A DNA stretch of 46,560 nucleotides from a virus, in IMG/VR virus record IMGVR_UViG_3300037483_001046; one strand, 5' to 3'. The notes beneath the pieces were generated by a model. That model did not search any database. It saw only the letters and a list, made by a program, of their open reading frames with translations, and had not been told where the DNA came from. The translations under genes were made by a program, and so were the position numbers. Position 1 is the first letter of the stretch; every line of letters starts with the position of its first letter. This document shows, one piece after another, positions 9,858-19,151 of the stretch.

Positions 9858-10130
9858 ATGAAGATTTGGCTAAGTGATTATGGGCCAACAGAGGGATCTG
9901 GCATTGGCGCTGGAAATGGATTTGGCAATGGCTATGGTTTTGGCAATGGCAATGGCGCTGGTGATGGCGCTGGCCGCGGAAATGGCGACGGCGATGGTTA
10001 TGGAAAGGGCTTTGGCTATGGCCGATGCCATAGCAATGGTTTTGGTTTTGGTTTTGGCTTGGGCGCTGGTTATTATGGCGACGCAGCGAATACTCAAAAA
10101 CAAAGAACTTATAAGGTAATCGAAATATGA
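9858..10130 (+). CDS. Gly-X dipeptide-repeat protein
   Basis: About 30 consecutive G-x units (GNGFGNGYGFG...). Confidence 0.55.
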   Translation: MKIWLSDYGPTEGSGIGAGNGFGNGYGFGNGNGAGDGAGRGNGDGDGYGKGFGYGRCHSNGFGFGFGLGAGYYGDAANTQKQRTYKVIEI

Positions 10131-10188
10131 AGTCTGGATCTGGAAATTGGTCAAATGCGGGCTTGCCCGTTAATCTCGGAGAAAAAAC

Positions 10189-10656
10189 ATGGAAAAAATA
10201 AATGAATTTTTGGAAACAATCAAAAATGCAGCACGTGCCGAAGTTTTGTCTGCATTAGGCGGAGACACCTATAATCGAAACGAAATTTCAATTCAAGAGA
10301 TCATAGAACATGTTGAACGGGAAAAACAAGTTGAAACAAGATTAGACAATCTTTTAGATGATTTATCAAAAGATGGTGATGAAAGTGATGAATATGAAGA
10401 TCAAAATTTCACAGACCCGAAAGATGCGATAAAGTACCTATTAAGAGGAATAATTGATCATAAAAACACGACACTCATTGTTTGGATCAACAAAATCGAC
10501 AAAAATCCTGAAGAATATTGCAACGAACACGAAATTATCACAGCAGGATTTGAGGATGGTGAGGATAATCAAATCATAATTGAAAAAACAAAATTTGATT
10601 ACGTGTTTCAACAAGAGTATGTCGCAAGCAAATTCCAAGATGAAAATGAAAATTAA
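10189..10656 (+). CDS. Acidic hypothetical protein
   Basis: GGAG RBS, 155 aa ORF. Confidence 0.6.
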   Translation: MEKINEFLETIKNAARAEVLSALGGDTYNRNEISIQEIIEHVEREKQVETRLDNLLDDLSKDGDESDEYEDQNFTDPKDAIKYLLRGIIDHKNTTLIVWINKIDKNPEEYCNEHEIITAGFEDGEDNQIIIEKTKFDYVFQQEYVASKFQDENEN

Positions 10657-10837
10657 AATCAAAGCAAAATACTTTTTATGGAGGATATTGAAGGAATCAC
10701 GCTCTTTAGATATCCATACACTAAAAAGGATAGACATTCTTCAAATCATGAAAGGATGCGCAATTGTTGTTGGGTTTTGCTTGCTTCCATTTGCAATAAT
10801 TGCGCTCGTAAATCTTGAAAGGCTGGCAATGTTATGA
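10640..10837 (+). CDS. Small membrane protein
   Basis: One TM segment; ATGA overlap with next gene. Confidence 0.45.
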   Translation: MKMKIKIKAKYFLWRILKESRSLDIHTLKRIDILQIMKGCAIVVGFCLLPFAIIALVNLERLAML

Positions 10838-11355
10838 GCTATATAATGACAGACATTGAGTCAGACGGACCATGCCCAGGATTGTGCAATATGGTCTGTT
10901 TCGGAGCCGTAATCGTCCGAGAAGGCTTGAAAGACACATTTTATGGACAAGTAGCCCCCGTCTTTGAACGATATGATCCAAATGCATTAGCAATCTCTGG
11001 ATTTTCTAGAGAAGAGCACGAAGCATTCGGTAAGCCGGATCAGGTAATGGCCGATTTTGCCAATTGGGTTGAAAAAAAGTCTGTTGGAAGACCTATGTTT
11101 GTTTCTGACAATAATGGGTTTGATTGGCAGTTCATCAATTGGTATTTTCATAAATTTTTGGGACGAAATCCATTTGGGTTTTCATCAACAAATCTTGGAT
11201 CTCTTTACAAAGGAATCGTAAGAGATAGCTTTAAAAATTTCAAGCATCTTCGCAAGACCAAACACGATCATAATCCCGTCAATGATGCCATTGGAAATGC
11301 TGAAGCAATGATTCATATGGTCGAAAACATGAAATACAAAACAAAACTAGAATAA
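10834..11355 (+). CDS. DEDDh-type 3'-5' exonuclease
   Basis: TDIESDGP (ExoI), NNGFDW (ExoII), HNPVNDA (ExoIII). Confidence 0.85.
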   Translation: MSYIMTDIESDGPCPGLCNMVCFGAVIVREGLKDTFYGQVAPVFERYDPNALAISGFSREEHEAFGKPDQVMADFANWVEKKSVGRPMFVSDNNGFDWQFINWYFHKFLGRNPFGFSSTNLGSLYKGIVRDSFKNFKHLRKTKHDHNPVNDAIGNAEAMIHMVENMKYKTKLE

Positions 11356-11373
11356 TTTTGTAGAATATGAACG

Positions 11374-11604
11374 GTGAAGTTTATGCACATTGACGACAGA
11401 TTATCTGATTATGATAAAATCAGACGACTATTAAAAGTAGAATATGAAGTTCCCGCTTTTGAAGTCGCAAAGAAACTTGTCGAACTTTTGAAAGAACATG
11501 CACTTGAAGATTTCGGAGATTTTCATTGCAAAATATGTGATGATTATTGGATTTCTGATGATAAAAATCCGCATCGAGAAAATTGCATTTTGAAAAATTT
11601 ATAA
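11374..11604 (+). CDS. Hypothetical protein with CxxC..H...C
   Basis: Short ORF, putative metal-binding residues. Confidence 0.45.
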   Translation: MKFMHIDDRLSDYDKIRRLLKVEYEVPAFEVAKKLVELLKEHALEDFGDFHCKICDDYWISDDKNPHRENCILKNL

Positions 11605-12021
11605 ACATCCCAAAAATATGCTTGGATCGATAAGTTCTCCATTGAACTTAACTTCATAATGAAGATGATTGCCAGTTGTAACACCTGATTTCCCAACAAG
11701 AGCGATTTCATCGCCCTTTTCTACAATTTCCCCCCTATGAACCAAGAGCTTGGAAACATGAGCATAACGAGAAACAAATCCGTCGCCATGATCAATAACA
11801 ACCAAATTTCCGTATCCTCTTGTCGTCCCAGAAAAAGTTACAATTCCAGATCTTGATGCAACAATTGAAGTTCCTTTAGGTGCCGATATATCAATCCCTT
11901 TATGGAATTTCGAACACTTATAACAAGGCTTCTCTCTATATCCATAATTAGACGTTATTTCTCCTTGGGTTGGACAAGCAAAAAATGGGGACAATAACAA
12001 ACTCAATATAAATTCTAACAT
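11599..12021 (-). CDS. M23 family peptidoglycan endopeptidase
   Basis: HKGID, YAH and HLHYEV motifs; signal peptide. Confidence 0.92.
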   Translation of the reverse strand: MLEFILSLLLSPFFACPTQGEITSNYGYREKPCYKCSKFHKGIDISAPKGTSIVASRSGIVTFSGTTRGYGNLVVIDHGDGFVSRYAHVSKLLVHRGEIVEKGDEIALVGKSGVTTGNHLHYEVKFNGELIDPSIFLGCL

Positions 12022-12284
12022 TACAATGTTTCTTTCTCTAAGACATCAAAATAGCTATCGAAGGTATCTTTAGCTTCAATTTTCTGCATAGCTTTAGCTA
12101 TGCTTATTGCTTTTTTGAGAACCTTAGTGTCGAGCGTTCCTTCATACTCTTTGAAAAGGTCCTTTTCGCCATCCTTAAGGGTGGCGATTTCATTTTGAAT
12201 TGTATTATATCTTTTAATAAATTCACGAATCGCATCCTCTGTGGACGGTTTTTTAGGAGGTAATTTAGCTACATTAGTTTCCAT
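12021..12284 (-). CDS. GapR/DUF2312-like small DNA-binding protein
   Basis: IREFIKRY..I..E...LK...KD...E....LDTKVLKKAI helical pattern. Confidence 0.55.
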   Translation of the reverse strand: METNVAKLPPKKPSTEDAIREFIKRYNTIQNEIATLKDGEKDLFKEYEGTLDTKVLKKAISIAKAMQKIEAKDTFDSYFDVLEKETL

Positions 12285-12391
12285 GAAATAATAATATCAT
12301 ATACAATAAAAAATTGCTAATTTTGAAAAAAATAAGCATAATTTTTCTTATAAAATGGTATAATATAGAAAGGAAATTAAAGGATTTAATT

Positions 12392-12610
12392 ATGAAAAAG
12401 GTATTAGATAGTAGTGCGCTTTATATGGTAGATTTCAAAAAGGTTTCGGAGAATCAGACACTTCTTGATGTTGAATTCACAACAGGAGGAAAGTATCGAT
12501 ATTTTGGAGTGCCAACGAATATTTTCGAGCAAATGATTAATTCTGAATCAAAAGGAAAATTTTTCCAAGAAAATATTCGTGATCGTTATAAGTTTGAAAG
12601 GTTGGTCTAA
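12392..12610 (+). CDS. KTSC domain protein
   Basis: SSAL..V...L.VEF..G..YRYFGVP......SESKGKFF..NIR. Confidence 0.85.
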   Translation: MKKVLDSSALYMVDFKKVSENQTLLDVEFTTGGKYRYFGVPTNIFEQMINSESKGKFFQENIRDRYKFERLV

Positions 12611-12611
12611 T

Positions 12612-12905
12612 ATGAAACTTGACTATCTTGTAAAAGAAGCAATTACATATAAATTAGGAAAGCTTATGAAATCTTGTGTCCCAATTGGGGAGAAGTTTTC
12701 ATCTTGCCAAGTGCAATCTTTAGAAAGCCAAATTCAATATAAGATAATTGAGAAATTTGAGGAAGAAGGCTGGAATGATTGTTGGAGACTTGGATTGAGA
12801 AATAATATTGATCTATATGGAAGACAAGTCAATATTGATCTTGAAATAACTTCAAAATACAGAATCAAAACTGAGACAATATTTGCTAACTTGAAGATCT
12901 CTTGA
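12612..12905 (+). CDS. Hypothetical protein
   Basis: ATG directly after KTSC stop. Confidence 0.5.
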   Translation: MKLDYLVKEAITYKLGKLMKSCVPIGEKFSSCQVQSLESQIQYKIIEKFEEEGWNDCWRLGLRNNIDLYGRQVNIDLEITSKYRIKTETIFANLKIS

Positions 12906-12938
12906 CAAGTTAACGGAAAATTGTTATGTTAGCCTGGG

Positions 12939-13151
12939 ATGGTCTTTATGGAGCTAGAAATGAAACAAGCGCAAGATTTGATGCAAAACCGTAATATCTT
13001 CGTTTGCAATCAGGCGGTAGATGGAGACAAAACGGTTGGCTTTATGCTTTCAAGTTATAAGCCGCCTGAGCCAATCTCTCAATCGTCTCAACCAAGCTTG
13101 CCTTCCGATCGAGAAACGAACTACTCAATCTCGTTGTTAGGTTTAAATTAA
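12939..13151 (+). CDS. Hypothetical protein
   Basis: Follows TTGACA..TATGTT promoter. Confidence 0.45.
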   Translation: MVFMELEMKQAQDLMQNRNIFVCNQAVDGDKTVGFMLSSYKPPEPISQSSQPSLPSDRETNYSISLLGLN

Positions 13152-13169
13152 TGTGTGGAGAAACTAAGC

Positions 13170-13457
13170 ATGATTGTCATAAAAATTGAACTTTGGCCTT
13201 GTGGAGATCGAGAAAAGTTCCGAGAAATTGGACGAACATATATTTCCAATGTTGGCGGATCGGTTGAGCGTGGAAATTATGAAGTTAAGGTTTGTAAAAG
13301 AACAGAGAACTTTGACAATCTTCCGATTGAAGAGCAAATTTTTAAAGGAAAAGGGATTCTTAGGACGGGAGAGGTAAATGACTATCCTCGATTATCCTAT
13401 AATGTTTGGCGACTTATTGTTAGAGCGCTTAAATCAGCATTTCCAGAAGAAAAATGA
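13170..13457 (+). CDS. Phage hypothetical protein
   Basis: MIVIKIELWP.G....REIG...ISN..G....GNY...YPR...NVWRL; GGAG RBS. Confidence 0.65.
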   Translation: MIVIKIELWPCGDREKFREIGRTYISNVGGSVERGNYEVKVCKRTENFDNLPIEEQIFKGKGILRTGEVNDYPRLSYNVWRLIVRALKSAFPEEK

Positions 13458-13491
13458 ACAAGTGCAGAGAATCTAAGGAGCACGAGTAACC

Positions 13492-13833
13492 ATGGCCGAC
13501 CCAAACGACCCGCGAATCACGACAACGAAAGGCCCACCACAGCCGGGCACGGCCGCAGGGCCAGCGCCGGAGCCCGTCGACCCGGAGACCGGCCAGCATG
13601 GCGCCTATTGGGTGCTAACCGAGGCCGAGCGGGCCAAGGGGTTTGTGCGGCCAGTGCGACGCAGCTACGTGCATGCGAAGTGCGGTTCCGTCACCACAAT
13701 GGGGATGGCGCTCGCCGAGACTTACGCACGCGAGCCGGCTTTTTACGGCGCGACATTTTGTTGTGCCTGTAAGGGGCATTTCCCGGTCGCCGAGTTCAGG
13801 TGGGACGGGACCGCGGAAACGGTGGGGAGCTGA
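13492..13833 (+). CDS. GC-rich gene for a putative Zn-binding hypothetical protein
   Basis: AAGGAG RBS; HxxC...CxxC..H; markedly GC-rich relative to flanks. Confidence 0.75.
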   Translation: MADPNDPRITTTKGPPQPGTAAGPAPEPVDPETGQHGAYWVLTEAERAKGFVRPVRRSYVHAKCGSVTTMGMALAETYAREPAFYGATFCCACKGHFPVAEFRWDGTAETVGS

Positions 13834-13844
13834 TTGGGGTTACG

Positions 13845-14009
13845 ATGACAAATAAGACAAGTCAAGAACTTCGAGAATTGGCTAAAAAAACACTAATAGA
13901 TAAAGGATTCAACGTCCCAGAGACCAACATTCGGATAAGAAAACAAAATGACCAAATCATTGTGTCATGGCCAGGCTCTGTTCATATTATTATTTTTACC
14001 ATAATATGA
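13845..14009 (+). CDS. Small hypothetical protein
   Basis: ATG at 13845, operon packing. Confidence 0.4.
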   Translation: MTNKTSQELRELAKKTLIDKGFNVPETNIRIRKQNDQIIVSWPGSVHIIIFTII

Positions 14010-14342
14010 ATACATTTAGAGAAGATTTAAAAACATTTGGGTGGAAGATATGGGACTACAGGGAACATAAAATCACAATTTCGATGATTACTCCATGTCA
14101 GCTCGCAGATGCGCTTGACAAGAGCATGCGAAAATAAGACAACAAAATATTGCTCCATTTATCTTGCTTCGGAGCCAAACAGGTTTGGCTCATGGGAAAC
14201 CGTGTTGCTGAAAAAGTGTGGGAAAGCAAAAAACTTTCAAGAGAAGAGCTGGATTTGATCCTTGAAAATCGTGGTTGGGGAGTAGATGATGATCCGAGGT
14301 TCGAATGATCTTACTTATTTATTTCTTTTGCAAAAAATAAAA

Positions 14343-14371
14343 TTGACATTGGCGTAATCTTGTGCTATGGT
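14343..14371 (+). promoter_or_regulatory. sigma70-like promoter, extended -10
   Basis: TTGACA-N17-TATGGT with TG, 7 nt before ATG 14379. Confidence 0.7.
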
Positions 14372-14378
14372 CGGCAAC

Positions 14379-14687
14379 ATGTCAGAACTTGATCAAACTC
14401 CCGTAGAAGGCATTGTCGAAGGATTGATTGGAGAAGGGAAGTCTCGAATTAAGCAATTCGGCGATGGTGAAATCGCAATCATGGATTCTACCGGAGACAC
14501 CAAAACAATCTGGGACAAAAGCAGTCCTGATGAAGTCGAAAATGCCAAAGCAACTTTTGACAGGTTAACCGCCAAAGGTTATACGGCTTTTCGGGTTGAT
14601 AAAAAAGGAAACAAAGATGGACAAATGAGGGAGTTCGATCCCAATGCTGAGTCCATCATCTTCGTTCCAAGAATGCAAGGCGGCTAA
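14379..14687 (+). CDS. Small protein ending in Gly-Gly
   Basis: C-terminus IIFVPRMQGG*. Confidence 0.75.
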   Translation: MSELDQTPVEGIVEGLIGEGKSRIKQFGDGEIAIMDSTGDTKTIWDKSSPDEVENAKATFDRLTAKGYTAFRVDKKGNKDGQMREFDPNAESIIFVPRMQGG

Positions 14688-14690
14688 TAT

Positions 14691-15206
14691 ATGCCATTTG
14701 GACCAGCGACAAGCGCACACATAACACACACAACCGTTACAACAAGTGTGTGGATATATTCTACAACGACGGACACAACGGATGCCACAACAATTTGGAC
14801 AAATTGGACTGCCTATTGGCCAAGTCCAAAGGTTTGGACTGCCTATTGGCCAAGTCCAAAGGTGATGACTTCTGAAGAAGCTCTAGATCGTCAAAAAGCC
14901 GATCAAAGAGCCAAAGAATTGATGATGAATTGCTTGAGCCCTGAACAAAGGGACGAATACGAACGTCACAAGAGATTCCATGTAATCACGCCAAGCGGTA
15001 AAAAATATCGCATCAATAAGGGAACGCATGGAAACATTGCCCTTCTAGGAGAAAATGACAGAGTTCTCGAAAAACTCTGCGTTCAGCCTGAAGGCATCCC
15101 AAAATATGACGCAATGTTGGCTCAAAAGCTTTGGCTGGAAACCGATGAAGAGAAAGTCCGCAAGGTTGCGAACATTACAAACATGAGGGGTTTTCAGGCC
15201 GCGTAA
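14691..15206 (+). CDS. Hypothetical protein with Thr/Trp-rich N-terminus and LCxxP motif
   Basis: 3 nt after upstream stop; LSPEQR, YRI, LCVQP, DAMLAQKLWLE. Confidence 0.75.
   Translation: MPFGPATSAHITHTTVTTSVWIYSTTTDTTDATTIWTNWTAYWPSPKVWTAYWPSPKVMTSEEALDRQKADQRAKELMMNCLSPEQRDEYERHKRFHVITPSGKKYRINKGTHGNIALLGENDRVLEKLCVQPEGIPKYDAMLAQKLWLETDEEKVRKVANITNMRGFQAA
14804..14863 (+). repeat. Perfect 30-bp tandem duplication
   Basis: TTGGACTGCCTATTGGCCAAGTCCAAAGGT x2, encoding WTAYWPSPKV twice. Confidence 0.95.
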
Positions 15207-15236
15207 ACCTGCGCTGCACAAATCTCGATTGTTGAC

Positions 15237-15264
15237 AAAACCCCCAACATTGTGGGGGTTTTTT
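15237..15264 (+). terminator. Rho-independent terminator
   Basis: AAAACCCCCA / TGGGGGTTTT stem plus T run. Confidence 0.7.
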
Positions 15265-15285
15265 GCAGGAGAAGGAGAAAGAAAA

Positions 15286-16407
15286 ATGGGTAGTTTTGAC
15301 ATATCATGCAGCTTATCGAGTCTTCCAATTACCGTTGGAACTCCGATAAAAATGTTACTTCTTTCTTCCAATAAAGAGTCCAAATATGAAGATGCTCTTG
15401 GAGGATTTGATCCTTATGGGTTTTGGCGAGTTAGAACGCCTCCCATTGATGCAATATATAACGATTATGGGAGAGGGAAGCCGCTTGATGGTCAAGAAGA
15501 GGCGATAGCATTGTGGGAAAAAGGATTTGATTTAGACATTGTTGAACAAGGCGTTGGAGACAATACCTTTCATGATGTGGCAACATTTAAAGGAATGAAT
15601 TTTGAAGAAATTTTAAATGCAATTCATGAATCAAGACTTTTTGTCAAAGGCGAAGGTTCAACTAAGCCTAGTGCGGAAGAAAATGGTGCGCCAACATTGG
15701 AAAAGGTCTCCAAAATTTTGGAAGGAAAAGATGTCTATATCGATTCAATCGAACCTTATGTTGTAAGAATTCGTCCACAAGGATATGATGAAGACGAAGA
15801 GCACATTAAAAAACTTGAAAAATTAAAACCATTACTAAAAGAATTCTCTTTTGTTATAACAAGATCTTCATCTGTTTATTCGCATATTGAAATGCTTGTT
15901 TTTCCGGATGCTAAAAGCAAGATTTATCCAAGAGGCAAAGAAGAAGACATAAAGTTTCAAGTTGCATTATGCATGGTAAGAAAAGATGTTTGGGACTTTT
16001 TGTTTGAATATCGGGACCAAACCTATTCTGTAGATTACGAAACCAAAATTAAAGAAAGAATGTTTCAAGCTTTCGGGGCATCGCAAGATGCTTATAAGCT
16101 TTCTCAAATAAAAGAATTGGATTTGGACATTCCTGTTGGTCATTTTTGGCCATTTGGAAATGAGTTTTATGAAGCGGCAACAATAAAAAATCATTTTGAA
16201 TTGCTTGCAAACCAAAATCCTTCTGATAAATTGATTGAATCTTTTGCGGAATTCGTGCAGGTGAATCGAACATTGAGTTTGTTGGGCAAAAAATGGATGC
16301 CAACATGTTATGCGGGACAAACACATGCTTGGGGTTCTCATATCGCATTTTCAAACGAAATGCATAAGATTGCTCAAAAAATACAAAAAGAGCATGACAA
16401 AGAGTGA
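15286..16407 (+). CDS. Phage hypothetical protein
   Basis: AAGGAG RBS; MGSFDISCSLSSLPI start, YNDYGRG. Confidence 0.75.
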   Translation: MGSFDISCSLSSLPITVGTPIKMLLLSSNKESKYEDALGGFDPYGFWRVRTPPIDAIYNDYGRGKPLDGQEEAIALWEKGFDLDIVEQGVGDNTFHDVATFKGMNFEEILNAIHESRLFVKGEGSTKPSAEENGAPTLEKVSKILEGKDVYIDSIEPYVVRIRPQGYDEDEEHIKKLEKLKPLLKEFSFVITRSSSVYSHIEMLVFPDAKSKIYPRGKEEDIKFQVALCMVRKDVWDFLFEYRDQTYSVDYETKIKERMFQAFGASQDAYKLSQIKELDLDIPVGHFWPFGNEFYEAATIKNHFELLANQNPSDKLIESFAEFVQVNRTLSLLGKKWMPTCYAGQTHAWGSHIAFSNEMHKIAQKIQKEHDKE

Positions 16408-16508
16408 AGTTTTTTGGTTGCACTTGAGTTGCGCTATGCTATACTTAAGTCAGGAGCCCAAAGCGATCGATGTAGATGATCGGGGCTCAAAGGAAAAGGG
16501 TGATAAAG

Positions 16509-17909
16509 ATGCCCAACAAGAAAAACAACATAATTCTATTAACTGATTGTTATAAGATTACCCATCACAAACAATACCCTGCGGACACCAAGAGAGTTTA
16601 CAGCTACTTGGAGAGCCGCGGAGGCAAGTTCACAGAAACCGTATTTTACGGCCTACAAATCCTTCTAAAAAAGCACCTAGAAGGTGTTGTTGTTGAACGT
16701 TGGATGATTGAAGAAGCCGATGCATTCTGCAAGAGTGTATTCGGTGTTGATTATTTTAATCGAGAAGGTTGGGAATACATTCTCGAAAAGCATGGAGGCA
16801 AGCTTCCTGTCCGAATCAAGGCGGTTCCTGAAGGAAGCGTTGTTCCAACGCGAAATGTTTTAATGACAATGGAGAACACGGACGATAATGTTCCGTGGCT
16901 GACCAATTTTCTTGAAACATTGATGCTTGAAGTTTGGTATCCAATTACAATCGCAACCCTTTCTTGGCAAGTCAAAGATTTGGGAGAACGATTCGCTAAT
17001 CTAACTAGCGATAATCCTGTTTCTCCATTTTTTCTTAATGACTTTGGGTTCCGGGGCGTTTCATCTTTAGAAAGCGCAGGAATTGGGGGTTCTGCCCATC
17101 TTGTGAACTTTCTGGGAACGGATACTTTGCACGGCATTCAATATGCTCAAAAGTATTATAACGCAGAGCCTGGCTGCGGCCAATCTGTGATGGCGACAGA
17201 ACATAGCACGACAACCGTTTATGGAAAAGAAAACGAGCTTGAAGCTTATCGAGCCTTTATTCAGGCATGTCCAGAAGGCATTCTTTCTGTAGTTTCTGAT
17301 AGTTTTGATTTCTATCAGGCGCTTGAATGGTTTGGAACCGATCTAAAAGACGACATTTTGGCTCGCGGCAAAGAAACAGGATTCGCCAAATTTGTTGTAC
17401 GTCCAGATAGCGGAAATCCATTGGAAATGAGTCTTGTCGCAATCCAAACGCTTGAAAAGTATTTTGGAAGCACAATAAACTCCAAAGGGTTTAGGGTTTT
17501 GAATCCTAAAGTTGGTGTCATTTATGGCGATGGAATCAACTATGACTCAATTGAGTCTATTTTGAAGATGCTAGAGTCTCATAAGTACGCCATTGACAAT
17601 ATTGTTTTTGGAATGGGCGGCGGATTGCTCCAACAAGTTGACCGCGATACTCAGAAATTTGCTTTCAAATGCTCTGCCGCAAAGCGTGGAGATAAGTGGA
17701 TTGATGTCTTCAAGGATCCGGTTACCGATCCTGGCAAGGGAAGCAAACGCGGCAAATTGAAGCTCATTAAGGAAAAAGATGGACTTCAAATGTTTAGAAC
17801 AGTGAAGGAATCGGAATTGCCCGATCAGCTTGTTACCGTTTTTGAAAATGGTGAAATCAAAAAAGAGTACACATTTAAGGAAATCAGGGAAAGATCATGC
17901 CAATTCTAG
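16509..17909 (+). CDS. nadV: Nicotinamide phosphoribosyltransferase (NAMPT)
   Basis: TDCYKITH, DFGFRG, NFLGTDT (NAMPT specificity Asp), ATEHS, VRPDSG, YGDG, FGMGG, KDPVTDPGK. Confidence 0.93.
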   Translation: MPNKKNNIILLTDCYKITHHKQYPADTKRVYSYLESRGGKFTETVFYGLQILLKKHLEGVVVERWMIEEADAFCKSVFGVDYFNREGWEYILEKHGGKLPVRIKAVPEGSVVPTRNVLMTMENTDDNVPWLTNFLETLMLEVWYPITIATLSWQVKDLGERFANLTSDNPVSPFFLNDFGFRGVSSLESAGIGGSAHLVNFLGTDTLHGIQYAQKYYNAEPGCGQSVMATEHSTTTVYGKENELEAYRAFIQACPEGILSVVSDSFDFYQALEWFGTDLKDDILARGKETGFAKFVVRPDSGNPLEMSLVAIQTLEKYFGSTINSKGFRVLNPKVGVIYGDGINYDSIESILKMLESHKYAIDNIVFGMGGGLLQQVDRDTQKFAFKCSAAKRGDKWIDVFKDPVTDPGKGSKRGKLKLIKEKDGLQMFRTVKESELPDQLVTVFENGEIKKEYTFKEIRERSCQF

Positions 17910-18901
17910 ATCCAACAAAAGTTGTAGAAAACCGGATTGAAGCAATCCGTGATTATCACAAAGAAGCTGGCACGGAAAAGGCTGAGATTGATGTGTCAGG
18001 TGGAATTGATTCCGCTGTCATGCTCATGCTTTTGAGCAAGGCTTTGGGCCCAGATAATGTAACGTCAGTTTATTCCAATATTCATAGCAGCATTGAAAGC
18101 CTTCGAAGAGCACGTGATGTTGCACGCATTGCAAATGTCAATCTTGTGGAATTAGATCTGTCTGAGGCATATGATGGCATGATTCGCAATTTTACTCAAA
18201 GCCTAATTGATGCGAAATATCCAATTATTGATATTGAGAATAGAATAAAAAAGGATCCCACCATTTTGGGGTCCTTTCGATCTTGCATTAGGGCGCCTGT
18301 TGGGCGTGTCTTGAATCGAATGACTGGCGGAGGCATTCGTCATGGAACGGGAAATGAGGATGAAGACAGATGGCTTCGTTTTTATCAAAAGGGTGGAGAC
18401 GGAGAAGTGGACACAAATCCTTTAGCAATGCTTAGCAAAGGAGAGGTGTACCAACTGGCCGTGAAGCTTGGAGTCCCTTCAGAAATCATTACATGCATGC
18501 CCACGCCCGATCTTTGGGGCACAGGAGACGCCCACAATGATGAAGAAGAGCTTTCGAAGTTGTCTGGTGTTGAGTGGACATATTCCAGAGTAAACCCAGA
18601 GACGGGAGAATATACTCAGGTTGGAACTATTGAAAGAATGAGCAGGTTTGCGGATCATGTTGGGTATAATATCGTATTTTTGGGTTCACAAAATGATATT
18701 GATGTCATCTGCCAAAATTCGATTTTGCTTGATGAATTTAGAATAACAAAAAAACATGTTGAATCCGCTCGCAAATGGGAACGGTCAACACGTCATAAAG
18801 AAAATCCAAATTGCCAATCGCTTGGGACGCGTCAAGATCTTCTTGCACTGAACATTATTACAAACGATTTGCCAAAAACAGTCGCAATCCGCAAAGGATA
18901 A
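17897..18901 (+). CDS. nadE: NH3-dependent NAD+ synthetase
   Basis: SGGIDS PP-loop, GTGNEDE, FYQKGGDG, KGEVYQLA, PTPDLW. Confidence 0.88.
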   Translation: MPILDPTKVVENRIEAIRDYHKEAGTEKAEIDVSGGIDSAVMLMLLSKALGPDNVTSVYSNIHSSIESLRRARDVARIANVNLVELDLSEAYDGMIRNFTQSLIDAKYPIIDIENRIKKDPTILGSFRSCIRAPVGRVLNRMTGGGIRHGTGNEDEDRWLRFYQKGGDGEVDTNPLAMLSKGEVYQLAVKLGVPSEIITCMPTPDLWGTGDAHNDEEELSKLSGVEWTYSRVNPETGEYTQVGTIERMSRFADHVGYNIVFLGSQNDIDVICQNSILLDEFRITKKHVESARKWERSTRHKENPNCQSLGTRQDLLALNIITNDLPKTVAIRKG

Positions 18902-19151
18902 AAGAGCAAAAAGTTTATATAAGCCAATATTGCAGCTTTCGCTTGATGGCAAGTTGCTCAAGGAATGGAAATCTGCTACAGTTGCAGCTAAAGAATTAAA
19001 AATAAGCAGAAAAGCTATATATGCCTGTGCTCAAGGTCTGAGAAAAACTCATAAAAAACATATGTGGAAATATAAGAATACTGATTGGAAATACAAATGG
19101 GAAAATATTTCAGAAAGGAAACATAATGAAAGTAAAAGAAGAAAAGTATGA
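18890..19151 (+). pseudogene. NUMOD1-type DNA-binding domain, probable homing endonuclease remnant
   Basis: Frame reads KPILQLSLDGKLLKEWKSATVAAKEL..I..C..G.......WKY; no nuclease domain, weak start. Confidence 0.6.

Noticed and set aside
9870-10154. Ala/Met-rich ORFs overlapping the Gly-X gene
   Set aside because: Alternative frames of the same low-complexity repeat
14804-14863. 30-bp palindromic repeat as a CRISPR remnant
   Set aside because: Two adjacent copies with no spacer, in frame inside a CDS
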